A DNA stretch of 64,000 nucleotides from Octopus vulgaris. Its lineage: Eukaryota. The translations under genes and the position numbers were made by a program. Positions 1-14,333 of this stretch are shown piece by piece; position 1 is the first letter of the stretch, and each line of letters starts with the position of its first letter. The DNA is taken from NCBI GenBank assembly GCA_951406725.2, contig OX597818.1, positions 25,730,001 through 25,794,000 of the forward strand. Reading direction: 5' to 3'. The notes under the pieces were generated by a model. It worked only from the letters and a program-made list of their open reading frames with translations. It ran no database searches and was not told the origin of the DNA.

Positions 1-32
1 CAGAACAACCAACTCATTGACTCAGATCTCAA

Positions 33-250
33 CCCTTTAGCATTCATGTTACTCTGTCAAATGTAATGCTTATTTATTCACATTGTCTTGATTTAGTTGT
101 GCACTCTCTCAGATATTTGAGATTTTGACAATGTGATTGTTTTAATAGAATGACCTTTTAGAGTAGATGTGAAAGGCTGGATCTGGCCAGTTTGAACATA
201 AGACAGGTAGAACATTTGGGCTAGATATGACCAGTTTAACTCCTAATGGG
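33..250. mobile_element. piggyBac-type TTAA MITE (~220 bp), family 1
   Basis: Ends CCCTTTAG...TAATGGG followed by TTAA; internal sequence shared with copies at 9607, 26923 and 49818. Confidence 0.7.
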
Positions 251-539
251 TTAAGTAGTTGAATATTACACATAAACATATATCCTTAATGTAATCTTCA
301 GGGAGAATCAGTATGAAACAGTGTATAATAAAGCAAACCCGTGATTTACAAAAACAGTCTATCTGTCTGGTTTACATACAAATTCCATCTATACAGATTT
401 GAGGCAATGGCAGAAGACACTTGCTAAGGTGCTATGTAATGGAATCAGACAAGGAACTTATGATTGGGAAGTAAATTTATTAACCAATTGGCCATACCTA
501 CACACTTGAAACTTTTCTCTCTCTTTCTTCCACCATTTT

Positions 540-2480
540 TTTTGTCTCCTTTATGTTATCCATACGTATAATATTGTAACACATACTATAAGAAGTGCTC
601 ATCGGTGCCACATCTGTTCAAAAGACTGTAGGTCCCTAACAAGATTGAAAATCCACATCCATGCTGTTCATTAAAACAATGGACAATAAAAACCATATTT
701 ACTTGTGAAACAAAAAATTAATGATAAACAGATCTGAAACAATACAAAGCAGCCAGAAATAACTTCAAGAGTGGAACAGGCTAAGCCTTTGTAAAAAGGA
801 GATGAATGACTACATATTGTCCCACACAACAATATCTGGCCAATTGTGTTTTAACTTGGTGGCTGTTTTAATGTTTAAGTTCTACCAATTTTCTTTTGAA
901 CTATTGGTCTCAAAATAGTCAGCTTCATCTGTACGTGTTTTCTGGCCATTGCATCATTTCTCATGTGAAGATAGTATCTAGAAAACATTCTCTCACAGTT
1001 GGCAATAATGTGGTTGATGTCTTCAGTCTCGATCTTGCGCAGCCTACATTAGTTGTCTATCAATGTTTTCTGCCTTTCATGCTGTAGGTACTTGGTGGAG
1101 ATCTCTCATTCTTGAATTGCATAGGTGGCCTTTGGAGAGGGATGTCATAAACTTGTCAGTATTCCATGCGAAGCTTTTGATATGATCAACCCCTTCTATG
1201 GTTTGTGTTTTTCATGCCAAGTACTCATGCGAACTGGTTTTTTTAAAATTTTGTTCTTTTGATAAATAGATTTTATCAATGCTCCTTGGAGAGAGATCTA
1301 TATCAGCTCTTGTTTCACACCTCTCCTCAAGTTCTTTAGCTATTCTAATTATGTTTTTTTATTTCATGGTCACAAACTTTTTCCCCTGCTGCAGATGTTG
1401 TTTCAGTGTCACAATATGTGATTCATATGACATCAATACAGATCTGAGACTACAGCCACTATGTTTGCATGGAAAGTATAGCCTGTCTACATCTCTATTG
1501 ATGTGGAAGTTTCCTGTAATACTGAACAGCTTGCAAGTTTGAACGTCTATCTAATTGAGTTCTTGTAGAGATTAACTCAGAAAGCCAAACATTGGTATGA
1601 GCACAGGCAGTGCAAAGTGCTGTGGGCAATATGCTTGTTGTAAGCTGAGAGTTCTGATTATCATATTCTCTTTTCTCTCCTGAGGTATTTATTCCTGGTC
1701 CTTTCCTTATTTACAGGTCCATCATATCTGGCATTCTCATCCTGTCCAAGAGACCTCTAATTGTCACCTGACTGTTGAGGTTGTATTGTGAAGCAATTCA
1801 ATTTTAGGTTTTTAGAGGAGAGCACAATATTTCCATGTTCTGTTGTTAAAAATACACATTTAGACTCACCAACTTTCATTCCAATGTCTGTAGAAAACTG
1901 GGTTATAAGGTCAAATTGTTTTTTTTTAATGTTGTTGATATTTGGCTCATACATTTTCAGATTGTTGTCAAAAAAAATATGAGAGATACTTCTGCATTCA
2001 TTTCTAGGGCTACTATGTTTTGTGAGAAGGTATGATAGTGGGTTTAACGAGAGGGTGAAGAGCAACATTGGCAGACTATCACCCTGAAAGATGTCATATG
2101 TGGTAGTGAATGCTTTCAGACTCAATTTACTCATTTTCACTCCTAAGGAGCAAAGTGGCATACCAAATCTTGGTCAGGAATTCAATAGCACTAGTGGTTG
2201 TGGAACTTTGGCTAACTGTGAAGCCTTAATAATCCACCCATATGGTATACTGTCAAAAGCCTTCTGGTAATCTAGCCATACTATAGTTAAGCTCCTGTGA
2301 TTTCTGTTTTTTTCCTGATTCATTTTGCTAATTAGTTGCTGCTGTGTGCAGCTCCACACCTTCTTTCCTCCAACTTGTTCAGGTGTTATAATGATCCTGC
2401 AAAAATAGACTGAGGCAGCCATTGTATAATTTGTACATGATATTCAGGTAGGCTATTTGGTAGTAAGTTTTAGCAAGGGT
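540..2480 (-). mobile_element. Decayed R4/Dong-like non-LTR retrotransposon fragment (RT plus CCHC/REL remnants)
   Basis: Minus-strand WLDYQKAFDSIPYGWI and DIFQGDSLPMLLFTLSLNPLS; CRL...EDINHIIANC near 995-1050; many stops and frameshifts. Confidence 0.8.
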
Positions 2481-2527
2481 TAGACAGTTTGACTGGGGAC
2501 TGGCAAGCCAGGGGGATGCACCAGGCT

Positions 2528-2579
<52 letters not shown>

Positions 2580-2887
2580 ATGTATATGTGTGTATGTATG
2601 AATGTGTATATATGTACATATATATATATATTCGTGTGTGTGTGTTTGTGTGTGTGTGTGTGTTTGTGTGTGTGTGTATGAGAGTTTGACTCTCCTTTTC
2701 TTGATGTCACTGTCATGAAAATGAGAGTTTTGTTTCTAATCTCCTAGGAAAATATGTCAGGCCATAGGGAAATATTAACTTGCTTGGAAACAGGTGCAGT
2801 TTGGCACCAGAAAGAGCATCAGGTTGTAGAAAATCTGCCTCACTGAATTCTATTTGACCTAATGAAGCATGGTAAAATAGATGTTAA

Positions 2888-3061
2888 ATGGTGATGATGG
2901 CAACAATCCTGGCAGTGCCACCATTGCCACTGCCACCACCGCTGCTACTAGTGATGACAACGATGATGACAATGATGATGATGATGATGATAGTGGTGGT
3001 GGTGGTGATGATGATGATGATGATGATGACGACAATGACAACGACGACGACGATGATGATA
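2888..3061. repeat. Compound (GAT/GAC/GGT) trinucleotide microsatellite
   Basis: Seen directly; explains the poly-D/S/I ORFs. Confidence 0.9.
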
Positions 3062-3849
3062 TAAAATTTAAAATGCAATTACTGTTGTGAAGAAAAGATA
3101 AAGTGATCAAGTATAATTCTAAAGAGATGTTGATAGATATAGCTGTTTGATCTTTCATTTCTATTTTGTTTTGATGAACATCTAAACATTTTCTAATGGA
3201 AACAAATCTAAAAGGTAGTAACAATTATATTTAACTGTTCTTACTGAAATTTCTTTCGTGAAGACAGGCAAAGTGTTGGATCAATATCATTGATTCAGAG
3301 TCAGATAATATGGTATGATGCTTATCTCAAGCATATGTTGTCTTATGTGTGTATGTGTGTTTGTATGTGTGTTTGTATGTGTGTAGAGTATTATATTTCT
3401 CATAGTATTATCATACATTCCTCATGACATTCGTCATCTTCTTATTCATTATTACCAACATATTAACTACCACAAGCTTTACTAGGGCTTTTACTACAGT
3501 CTGCTCCTGTTCCAAGTATTTAAACCAGCTCCCTTCTCTGAGGGTAACATGATATATTGATGTGCTGCTCTTTACTGTATTTTCCACAGTATAAAGCTAT
3601 TGGTATTTTCATGGCACATCCCCTGCATATTGCCAGGATAGTAGTTATTGTTATTATTTAACCCCAGGTTAGCCCTAATTGAGCAAACTGATGATCAAAG
3701 ACTTTATGTGATCATCCCATATTTTTGTATATGTAGGAATTCATTAACAATGTGGTCTTCTTTAAGATGATAAAGGATGAAGAAATGGAGGTTTGATTAT
3801 GACTTTTAGCAGATAGATTTTTTTAGCTTATGACCTTGTTAGAATCTTG

Positions 3850-6040
3850 AGAACTGCATATTACCAGTCATCCTGGTCCCTTGTCATCTTCTCCATAAGG
3901 TTCAAGGTCCTGAAGGCTTCATCACTTCATCCCATGTTTTCCTGGGTCTCTCTTTACTACAAGCTCCATATGTATTTAGTGATTGGTACTTCTTCATTCA
4001 GCTATACTCATCTATTCACATCACCTGTCCAAACCATTACAATCTTTTTTCTTGCATACTACATCTGATTCCTCTTATGCCCAGTTTTTCTTTCAGCACA
4101 TTAGTACTGTTCATGCATACTTGCATTGTACATCCAACAGAGCATGCCCGCTCCATTTCCTTCTAGTCTTCTCAAGTTCTTTGTATTCAAAACCCACGTC
4201 TCACTATCATATAGCATTACAGTTCTAACACAAGCATCATACAATTTGCTCCTCACTCTGAGGGAAGGACCTTTGTTGCCAGCTGTTGTAGTAGATCATT
4301 GCACATTTTCCACTCTGTTCTGAATCTGGTAGCAATACTTTCAGAACAACCACCTTTACCTACTAAATACATCTCTTAGGTAACAAACGCTATTGACTAC
4401 TTATATTAAACTATCTGGACATTTAAGAGAGTCTCTTTATGGTGTGTTCATGATATGTGCATCTGTCACATGGGAAGCTAAGTTCTCAGCTTGTCTGCCA
4501 GTAATTCTACTACTTTTCTTGTGTGTCCATAATTTACATTGGGTACAGCATATGGAGTTTATACATATCCCTTTTCTGCATCTCATGCAAGGTTATTTCC
4601 ATGAAGATACCAGGGTCATGTCTTTCTTCATACTTACTAAAACCTTAGTTTTTACTCAGCTTACCTTGAGGCCTTTTGATTCTAGGTTTAGTTTCACTGT
4701 CATTCCTTTATAGATTCAACTATGAGAATTAGATCATCAGCATGTATGGGTTCTTATTGATAGTCAGTCTTAAATTATTCCGTGATGGCTTGTAGTACTA
4801 TGATGAACAAGAGAAAACTGAGGGATGAACGTTGATGAACGACCTTTATATTGAATTCAACACTGAAATTATTGCTGCCTCTCACTTGTGGCATCTATGT
4901 TCATGTTTTGTACAGCTCTCACAAGCCAGTCATCTACATCTAGTTTCCTAAGAGACCACCAAATTACTGAATGCAGAACTTTGTCAAATGCCTTCTGTAA
5001 ATAAACAACAGCCAGGGATAGTGGTTTACTCTTAGCCAAGCATTTCTCCTGCAGTTGCCTCACTAAAAGATTGTATCTGTAGTATTGCTTTTGGGCACGA
5101 AGTCATCCAGGACTACTCTATCACAGATTAAATGCACTATGACACTCTTTGTGACCTCATAATCTGACACAGTAGTCTGATTCCTCTATAATCTCCTCTC
5201 ATTAAGACATCTCTTTTGCCATTGTAACAGTGTATGATGATACTGCTATACCAGTCATTGTGTAAGATGCCTTTCTATGTAACATCATTTACTATCTGGT
5301 TGGTTATCATGTATCCTATCTAACTAGATATTTTGAACATCTCTGTATCTTTCCTTGATGGACATGCTGCTTTTCTTCTCTTCATGTCCTTAATTTCTGT
5401 ATCTACCATGTTGCTGTCTACTCAAGTTGCTGGTCCTTCTGTAGGATTTAGCATGAAGTGGTTCCTCTTTATCCCATGTATTTTCTATGTTCAGCAGCCC
5501 CCCATGATAGCATTTCCACACTACTTTCTTGTTTTCTCTGTCTGTAGTGACTATACCTTCCTCATTCCAAATTCACCTCTTGCCAATGATGTTTTGGTTC
5601 TCTCTCACACACTGGCTCACAATTCTGAACACCTTAAGCTTCCTATCCTCATGTTGTAGGATATGTGAGATCTTCCTTTCTGACTCACCCTTCACCAAAT
5701 ATATGTCATCCAGCTGTTCTTCTAGCCATTTGATAATACTTCCTACTACTACCTCCTTCCAGGTTTTCCAAGCCTGCCTCTTAACTCTAATCTTATCAAC
5801 TATGTTATTTCATTACCACATTACCTTTGGTTTGGCTGGGACTGTGTTCCAGTTGCATGTCTGATCTGTAGTCCTAAGCAGGTTATTTTAGAAATTCCCA
5901 GTTATCATCTATACGACAGGTATCTACAGCTTTTCCCCTGCAGTCATGTTAGACTTTCTCTAAACTTATTCTCAACTGTGAGATCTTAGTTTCCATATCT
6001 TCCTTCCCCACACCATCTTCTATTTCTGCATCTGCTTAAC
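3850..6040 (-). mobile_element. Decayed RTE-clade LINE
   Basis: RQLQEKCLAKSKPL...LQKAFDKV...IWWSLRKL (4869-5063); homologous to the RTE copies at 29672 and 36790. Confidence 0.8.
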
Positions 6041-6896
6041 TCTGATGTAAAGCTATATAGACACATACATATACATGCAAGCAAATAACTTCATACGTAC
6101 TTACAAATATATATATACAGTAATGTATGAAATTCAACCAAAATTTTACTTTATTTATGATAATGCAACCAATTTTACATATTGTTCAAAAACTTTGCTT
6201 GATTACATCTTTCAAAGAGACTGCTTAGCTAAATGGATAAAATGCTGGCTAAATAGATAAAATGCAAGACTGACAAGCATGTCCAAATCATGCTGTAGGT
6301 ATTTTATTTGGTTTCTGGACAAGACATTTTGTTCTAAATTGCTACTGTTTAATCATAGAAAGGTCAATAAAACCGATTGTTTATAGATACAAATAGTTAA
6401 AGGAATGAAATTAATTTTCTGCCATTAGGAAGTATGACTATCATTAGTTTTACTGGATTTTACTGTTTAAAATAGGCACATATTACTTCAGCTTTGTTTT
6501 CTCAGTTACTTTCCTTGCCTCACTCGAAACCACTTCCATTTTCCACTATCTCCACCTCTGTCCTTACTACTCACCTCCTTTCTGCACCTTCTCTCCCCTG
6601 TGCTATTCTCCATCATTAACACTTCACATATCTGCTATCACCTTCGATGCCCTCAAATATCTACTGCAACCCTCACCTCACTGAGCTTCTCCTATATCAC
6701 TCTCTCTCCATCATTTGCTACATTCTATTTTTGTTGTTGTTTAACTCCAGAAGGCACAAGGTTAAGTGGGTAGGGTATTCAGCTTATGATCATAATGTCA
6801 TGAGTTCAATTCCCAGCAGTATGGTGTGTCCTGGAGCAAGACACTTTATTTTGCATTGCTCCAGTCTACTCAGTTAGTAAAAATGAGTTGTACATA

Positions 6897-7227
6897 GGCG
6901 CAGGAGTGGCTGTGTGGTAAGTAGCTTGTTTACCAACCACATGGTTCCGGGTTCAGTCCCACTGCGTGGCACCTTGGGCAAGTGTCTTCTACTATAGCCT
7001 TGGGCCGACCAAAGCCTTGTGAGTGGATTTGGTAGATGGAAACTGAAAGAAGCCCGTTGTATATATATATATATAAGAAGAAAAAATCTATCAGAAAGGA
7101 ACTCTATCTCTCTTAAAAAAACATCTTTTGATAAGCATAACAAATGCGCAACCGGTAAAAAGAACTTTCACCTAATTAAATTACTTTAATTACTTAAATT
7201 ATTTTGTCAGCATTTTCTTCATTTCCT

Positions 7228-7271
<44 letters not shown>

Positions 7272-7480
7272 TGTGTGTGTTTGTCTCCCTAGCATTGCTT
7301 GACAACCGATGCCGGTGTGTTTATGTCCCCGTTACTTAGCGGTTTGGCAAAAGAGACCGATAGAATAAGTACTGGGCTTACAAAAGAATAAGTCCCGGGT
7401 CGAGTTGCTCGATTAAAGGTGGTGCTCCAGCATGGCCACAGTCAAATGACTGAAACATGTAAAAGAGTAAAAGAGAGAGT
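6897..7480 (+). mobile_element. tRNA-derived SINE family A, with an insert in its internal (TA)n tract
   Basis: A box TGGCTGTGTGG, B box GGTTCAGTCCC, CCTTGGGCAAG core, (GTAAAAGA) tail; close copy at 28357. Confidence 0.85.
7124..7163 (+). ncRNA. Degenerate minimal hammerhead-like motif in a PLE-like insert (7075-7235)
   Basis: TCTT-TTGATAA-GCAT aacaa ATGC-GCAA-CCGGTA-AAAAGA; HHR topology with a mutated core. Confidence 0.4.
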
Positions 7481-7799
7481 ATACAATTTAAAGGACCAGC
7501 CTCACCACATTCTGTGCCAAACTGAATTCCCCTGAGAACTACATTGTGGGTATGTATGTTTGTGGAGTACTCAGCCACTTGCACAATACTTTCATTGGCT
7601 CAATTGGAATCCTTGTTGTAATAAATGTAGTACCAGTTAACCCCAGATGAGCCCTAATTGAGAAGACTTATGATCAAATGTATTCCAACCATATCTAAAC
7701 CTATCTTGGCATAGTGTAACATTACGTTATGCAATGTTTCCTTCCTTTATCAAAGCAACAGTTAGTGATGTTTTGGGATATTTAGTTGCTATTTCTACT

Positions 7800-8115
7800 A
7801 TAACAGCATCTGTTCCTTGGAGCTGACTGATGCCATACCTATAACATTCAAGCATCACCAACTGAAACATTCTGCCACTTCTTATCACCCCTTCACAAAC
7901 TACTGTGCCTAGTACTTCCTTCCTTTCTAAAACACTGGCATTCTGGAATCTTCTCCTTGCTCATGTCTTTTCTGTAGGAGTTGACCTGCAACACTTTAAA
8001 TAGAATATTAATGGCATCAAGCTTATTGGGGAGTCTCTGAGGGCCTGCAAAGGTCATGGATTTGCATCTTCCTCAAAACTCAGAAAGAAAAAAAGATAAA
8101 AAAAAAAAGAAAAAC
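7800..8115 (+). mobile_element. 3' end of a CR1/Jockey-group LINE with A-rich tail
   Basis: SSFLSKTLAFWNLLLAHVF...DLQHFK resembles CR1/Jockey ORF2 C-termini; A-rich tail 8080-8115. Confidence 0.55.
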
Positions 8116-8563
8116 AGTAGAGCAACCATGCAGACACTTCTTCTGGTTAGGTTGTGGGTTTAAGTGTTGTTCTTAATGACTAACACACCTATACATGTAG
8201 CTATCTGATATCTAAGAATGATTAGCATAAATTAATGCCGCTTTTATCATCTGCTCAATCAGTTTTAGAATCAAAGCAAATTAAATTAGTAAATTTATTT
8301 TGTATATTTACTTATTTATATTTTTAATGGCTTGTCTGTCTTTTAATGCAAATTATGGTTTCTCCATTTACATATAGACTTCAAGATGTTGATATCTATA
8401 AATTAATATTATTGGAATTTGATATTAAATTATAAAAATATCAAAAAATAATCATCAAATTTGTTTTTGATAAGGTTATGAATTAAAAGCAAACATTTGT
8501 TTCAATTTTGTTGATTTTATTTCATTCCTTACATTTTTCATTTATTTTCCACTTGTTCAACTC

Positions 8564-8590
8564 TCCTCCTCCTCCTCCTCCTCCTCCTCC

Positions 8591-8629
<39 letters not shown>

Positions 8630-8835
8630 CCACCACCACCACCACCACCACCACCACCATCATCAACAACAACAACAACATCATCCTCTCCGCCTCCCTC
8701 TCCTCTCCTCCCCTCCCCTTCTTCTTCTTCTTCTTCTTCTTCTTCATCATCATCATCAACGTTGTTGTTGTCATTGTCATTGCTGTCATCATCGTCGCTG
8801 TCGTTGTCAGCGCCATTATCATTGCCACTACTACC
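8564..8835. repeat. Compound (CCT)(CAT)(CAC)(CAA)(CTT) microsatellite
   Basis: Seen directly. Confidence 0.95.
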
Positions 8836-9606
8836 TTTCCTCCTTCCCCTCCTCCTATTGCATTACTTGTATCTTTCTATTAGCATCAAATCTTTTGAAG
8901 TCAAACTTAAGAAATTGTCTATAGAACAGAAACACTTTCAGTCTTCTAACTCATAGTATAGATAAACTTAAACTGTGCATTAGCCTTTTTAAACACTCAG
9001 TGAGACAAAGGCTGGCAGAAAGATTAAACTAAACAGCAAGAATAAATTGTTAGTTTACTATCAGCTTATCACTGACAGTGACTGAAATGATAAAAACAGA
9101 GTTGCCTTACAAGCTGAAGACAAATCAAAGGTAAATTTAGCAAACAAATTACTAGAATCTATCTTTTATAGTCTGGCTGACACATCATGAACAAACACAG
9201 CAGTTTAGGAACAAAATGCCAAAATTATTGAAGATAACTAAAATATTTATAAATTGTTTCAGCTATGTGTACCAAATATTTGCATAGAAGTTATGACCTT
9301 TACAAGAATGTCTGTCCAAGCATATCATACCACATGCTAATCACCACTGCCACCACCACCACCACCACCTGCAAAATTCAGTCCAGTCATTTGTGAAACA
9401 CCATAAAAATGTACGGTTTATTACTTTAAATAGTGGGTGGGCTATGACTAATTTACAAATGTTTCAAACATTGGAATACTGATATCAAATCTATTCATGA
9501 AGTAAATTGGAATAATGTTAACTCCACTTTGTTTGGCCCACTAGCTCCCAGATAAAAGCTTCTGTTGGACCCTGTGACATGAAGTATTTCCTGACAGACA
9601 CCTTAA

Positions 9607-9826
9607 TCCTGTAGCATTTAAACCTGTCATAGCCAGCCCAGATATTCTACCTGTTTTATGTTCAAACCAGCCAGATCCAGCCTCTTACACCTATCCTACA
9701 ATGTCCTTCTAAATATGAGCAATCAGATCATTAAAATCTGAAAGCTACGAGATAATGTATGATTAATTGAAAACAGTGTGATTAAATAAGCATTGCATTT
9801 GATAGAATAATCTGAATATTAAAGGA
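9607..9826. mobile_element. TTAA MITE family 1 (opposite orientation to 33-250)
   Basis: TTAA on both sides (9603, 9827); reverse complement of 33-250. Confidence 0.75.
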
Positions 9827-10134
9827 TTAAACACTTTGTATTGTATATTATTAACAATTGATGTTCAGCTTCAAATCAGTACTGACTAAGCAGACCTATG
9901 AGTGAAAGGCTTCTAGTCATGACCACTCATGTTTTTCAGTTTTTTTTCTAATATAATCTAATCTAGAATAATTATTCAATGTATCTGTCTTATTTGAGAC
10001 CATAAAATGTGATCTGAAGGTGAGCTGGTTGCTGATTGAGTGACTTCATAAAGACTCTTGTGCTGGCTTGACTTTTTAATGCACTAAACGTAATAGTATA
10101 TAGCATTAGACAGCTTTAGTGGAGAGCCTTGAGC

Positions 10135-10651
10135 CAGTGGCACAGCTAATAGGGGAGCAAGGGGAATGGCTGCTCCCCCTGAGCACATTTTCCAAAACTG
10201 GTGTCTTTTCAATGACATTTTTTAACACTTTAGTTCACTTGAGTGATAAAAGTTGAATCTCTTTTTTTTTTGTTAATTGCATGGCCTTAGAAGAACTTTC
10301 TGGAGTCATTACTTTGTTTGACCAACCTCCCATATTGTGATGTGTTGGTGGCTGCTGACATCTGAAGAACCAAAACAAACCCTGACATCATAACCTCTTG
10401 ACACAGGACAATCCCATGGAGTTTCATCTTTTTCATGTCCCACCTATATCAGTAGTTGTATGTTTCATGCATAATGACATTGTTACTGAAACATGAAATT
10501 AATCAATGTCAATACAATTACATATATTATAACTGAAGAAATATTTGCAGTAATATAAGAGAAATGTGTTAAAAATCGTTTGGTATGTGTCACAGCACCT
10601 TTTCTTTTATGCGCTTGCTCCCTCTGATTTTAGAACCTGGCTTCACTACTA
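10135..10651. mobile_element. Probable non-autonomous hAT element
   Basis: Starts CAGTGGC; 8-bp flanking repeat CCTTGAGC/CCTTGACC; decayed TIR. Confidence 0.45.
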
Positions 10652-13056
10652 CCTTGACCTATTAGATAAAGCAGCCAAATCTCCTTCAAATCGTACTCTA
10701 CTCTTGGGAAAGGAAAGGTACTCTAAATGATACAGTCCCTTAAAGCAATTGGAACAATTGACCAAGGGCTTAACACAAACAGCAACAACAATCTTAACCC
10801 ATTACTATATACAATATAAATGATGTCAAGGAAAAAAAAAGACAGAAGCGAAGAGAGAATTATGGTAGTCTTAACTGTCAGTCCGGAGAAAGGCTCACTT
10901 TCAACATCCACGTGCTGTCACGATCTCCAAGGTCCACTCCACATCCACGTGTGCTATCCGATGCTCTACCTTCTCATACATCCGCTCTGAGGTGCTGCTC
11001 GCCACTGACTGACCCTTGTGCTTCACTGAATGCCGCATGTCCACCGCGGCACTTCCGGTAGGATCCGCAGGCCCCACTTCCGACAGGACATACCTACTCC
11101 CTCACTTCCAATCCTTCCCTACAATACAGCCTGGCTCATAACACCACAATATAATAAAATATTAGATTGTACCTTCTATAATGTAATAGTTATGTAGGTG
11201 GGAATTTATTAATTTGAACAGCAGGAACATAGTCATCTGAGTTGGTATTACTGCCCCAGGAGGAATGAAATGTCAAATCAACTTCACTAGTGTTTGAACT
11301 CAGAGCAATAGAAAAACAAATCTGAATAGTGTAAGATATTTAGATTGTGTGTTACAATTTCTGACACTCCATAGCATATCAGTGACCCTGCTAATCAATA
11401 CACAGCATTGATTAAGCTATATAATAATATACAGTAGATGATACTAAATGAGTTCTGTGAGATTTAGTCATTTGAGAAAAGTGGAACCAGTAGTTTGAGA
11501 TGTTTTAAAAACAATGTTCCATAGAACTGATACCTATTGCTTTCTGTATACACAATTTACAGACAGATTTACACTCCTAGAACAGGCTCTTTATGTCATT
11601 TAAAGTTCTTGCAAAACACACACATGCACGCACGCACGCATACACACAAACACACACACATGCACACACGCCCACATTCACACTCATGGACACACACACA
11701 CACATAAAAATGCATAGCTATATCAAAAATACATGTATGCTTGTTAGACACCAAGAGACAACTACCATGAGAGAAGGATGAGAGGGACTAATAGAAAGAA
11801 AAAAAACTGTTAGCATGAGAGAGAGAGAGAGAGAGAGAGTACTTTTTGAAGAAAGAAAGAAAGAAAGAAGGGAAAGAAAGAAGAAAAGAAAGAAACTTAA
11901 TGGTAATGTATGGAGAAATAAATGGATGTGCTGCAGTAGTTTATGATTGTTTGGACTTTTATCATAGTAACAATAGAGGTGAAAGAAGGTTCTGGAAAAT
12001 ATATGATATTGATAGCATGCTATAATTATTATTTCATTTTGATATTATTTATAGACTAAACAATAATATTGTTAATAATTCATTTTAATAATAATGATTT
12101 TTTTAATATTCCACAAGGGTGAATGACAAATTATGAAAAATAATGAGGATTTATGCAGAATAGATTGAGAGAAAACAAGCATAGAAAAAAAAACAGTATT
12201 CAAAAAATATATATGATGTTCCAGGGACAGCCACATACAGCCAATCAAGGAACCCAATAGATCCAGGATTATCATGACTACTAAATGCAAATACCTTCAC
12301 CTAGCTGTGCCCTCTTGTCAACAGGTACATGTTTAGAGTTGACTTATTTATGTGAACCATTCTGACCACTTTCATCTACTCTATAACAAAATTAATTGGT
12401 AAATAGCACCTCTCTCCCCACTATCACCTCTCTCCCCACTATCACCTCCCTCTCCACTATAAATTCCTTCTCAACCATCCCCTCTTCTCCATGAATAACT
12501 TAAAGAAGTTTAGGACGGATTTGCTAAAGCAAATCTTCAGTCCTTGTAATTTTGCCCATCATACAATTTTTCACTGTAGTTACCAAACAGAGGAACATTG
12601 CCAGTCCTTTTTGGCCAAAAGAAAGATGATAGAACAGTCCTTACTATGGACATGGCTGATGGTGATGCTATCCCACATACAGCAACAGCTGTTTAACATA
12701 ATTCCACAAATCTCAATTACTTGGATACTGAATGTACCAGTTACTATCTACCCAAATGTCTGCCCAAAGCTAGATTAATGAATTCCTTTTTGACAAAGGT
12801 TAGCATACTCTATTAAATATATTTTTTGTTGTTTATATATTAAAATAACAGTTCTTAGTAGGCCATGAAAGACTGATGAAGTGTAACTTTGCAGAAACAT
12901 GTCTTACAGTCTGATGATACCCTTCATAACCCAGTTCAATGTGGTTTCATACATATTATTTATAAGGAGAATTTTTCCTCCAAGGCAGTAAGTGCAACAA
13001 AGGTCATTTCATGTTTGAATGTATATGGTCATGCATGTTAAATATAAAGGTAAATA

Positions 13057-14333
13057 TTAGGTTGTCAAGAAAGTTCTTGCGGTTTTTAACCTTTAAATTC
13101 AGATGCGTATATCTCGGCTCAAACAAAACTTTATTAATCGAAATAAACACCATCAGAATCAATACACTTTTGCCAACGTGAAACAAGTTTATTTATGCCA
13201 GCTGCATACAAATCCTGCGTTCTGGTGGCAATGAAGTTGTTGAAGGTATGTTTAGCATTGTCTTGGTTTTTGAAACATTTCTCCCGCAGGAAGTTGCCAA
13301 GATGCTTGAAAAAGTTGTAGTTGGTAGACGAGAGTTCTGGTAAGTATGGTGGATGAGGCAGAGTTTCGTAGCCCAATTCAATCAACTTCTGCAGGATTAG
13401 TTGTGTGACGTGCAGCTGAGCATTGTCACGGAGAAGAATTGGTCCTTTTCTATTGACCAATGCTGGCTGTTATTGTTGGAGTTTCTTATGCATTTCATCC
13501 ATTTACTGACAGTACTTTTCTGCCGTAATGGTTTCGCCTGGATCCAAAAAGCTGTGATGGATAAGATTGGGTGCAGACCACCAAACAGTCACCATGACCT
13601 TCTTTTGATGCAACTTTGGCTTCAGGAAGTGCTGTGGAGCTTCGTCGGCATCCAACCAGTGAGCTGAGCGTCGCCAGTTGTTGTAAAGGATCCATTTTTC
13701 ATCGCAAGTCACAATCTGGTCAAGAAATGGGTCACTCTTGTTGCGTAAAAGAAGGGAAGATGACACTTCAAAATGATGTTTTTTTGGGTGTCATTCAATT
13801 CATGCGGCACCCATTTGTCAAGTATTTTTGTTTTTCCAATCTCTTTCAAGTGGTTGGAAATTGTAGTATACGTTATGTCTAATTCAGAAGCAAGCTCTCA
13901 AACAGTTGTGTGTGGATTGGCTTTGACCAAGGCTCTTAGTTGATCGTTGTCAACATCTGATGGCTGACCACTACGCTTATCATCTTCAAGACTCTCATCA
14001 CTGCTACAAAATTTCTTGAACCACCATTGTGCTGTACATTCATTAGTGGTTCCTGGGCCAAGTGCATCGTTGATATCATGAGCTGTTTCAGCAACTTTTG
14101 GCCTAGCTTGAACTGGAAAAAGAAAATTGTGTGAATTTGCCTTTTGTCCATGTTGTATTCAACATTCCGGAAAAACAGCCTAATTATTCAAAAAGAGTAA
14201 CATGATTAGATAGAGTGAAAAGTGAGCTTCAAAATGATATATAAAGTCAAAGTAATTTAAAGAAAATTAATTTTAAAATACATAATTTAAAACCAAAATT
14301 AAAAATTCCACAAGAACTTTCTTGATAACCTAA
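13057..14333 (-). mobile_element. Full-length mariner (DD34D) transposon with frameshifted transposase
   Basis: TIRs TTAGGTTGTCAAGAAAGTTCTTG (22/23 match), TA on both sides, 1277 bp; [16 protein letters not shown] and YLPELSSTNY motifs. Confidence 0.95.

Noticed and set aside
6897-6965. tRNA-like A and B boxes (also 28357, 29113)
   Set aside because: SINE heads continuing into SINE bodies; no complete cloverleaf
8508-8956. Poly-His/Pro/Leu ORFs, and the many YIYI/CVCV/MYVC ORFs elsewhere
   Set aside because: Translations of microsatellites
9066-9131. Possible small exons (also 23470-23535 minus strand and 58770-58850)
   Set aside because: AG/GT-bounded open frames of this size arise by chance; no homology recognised
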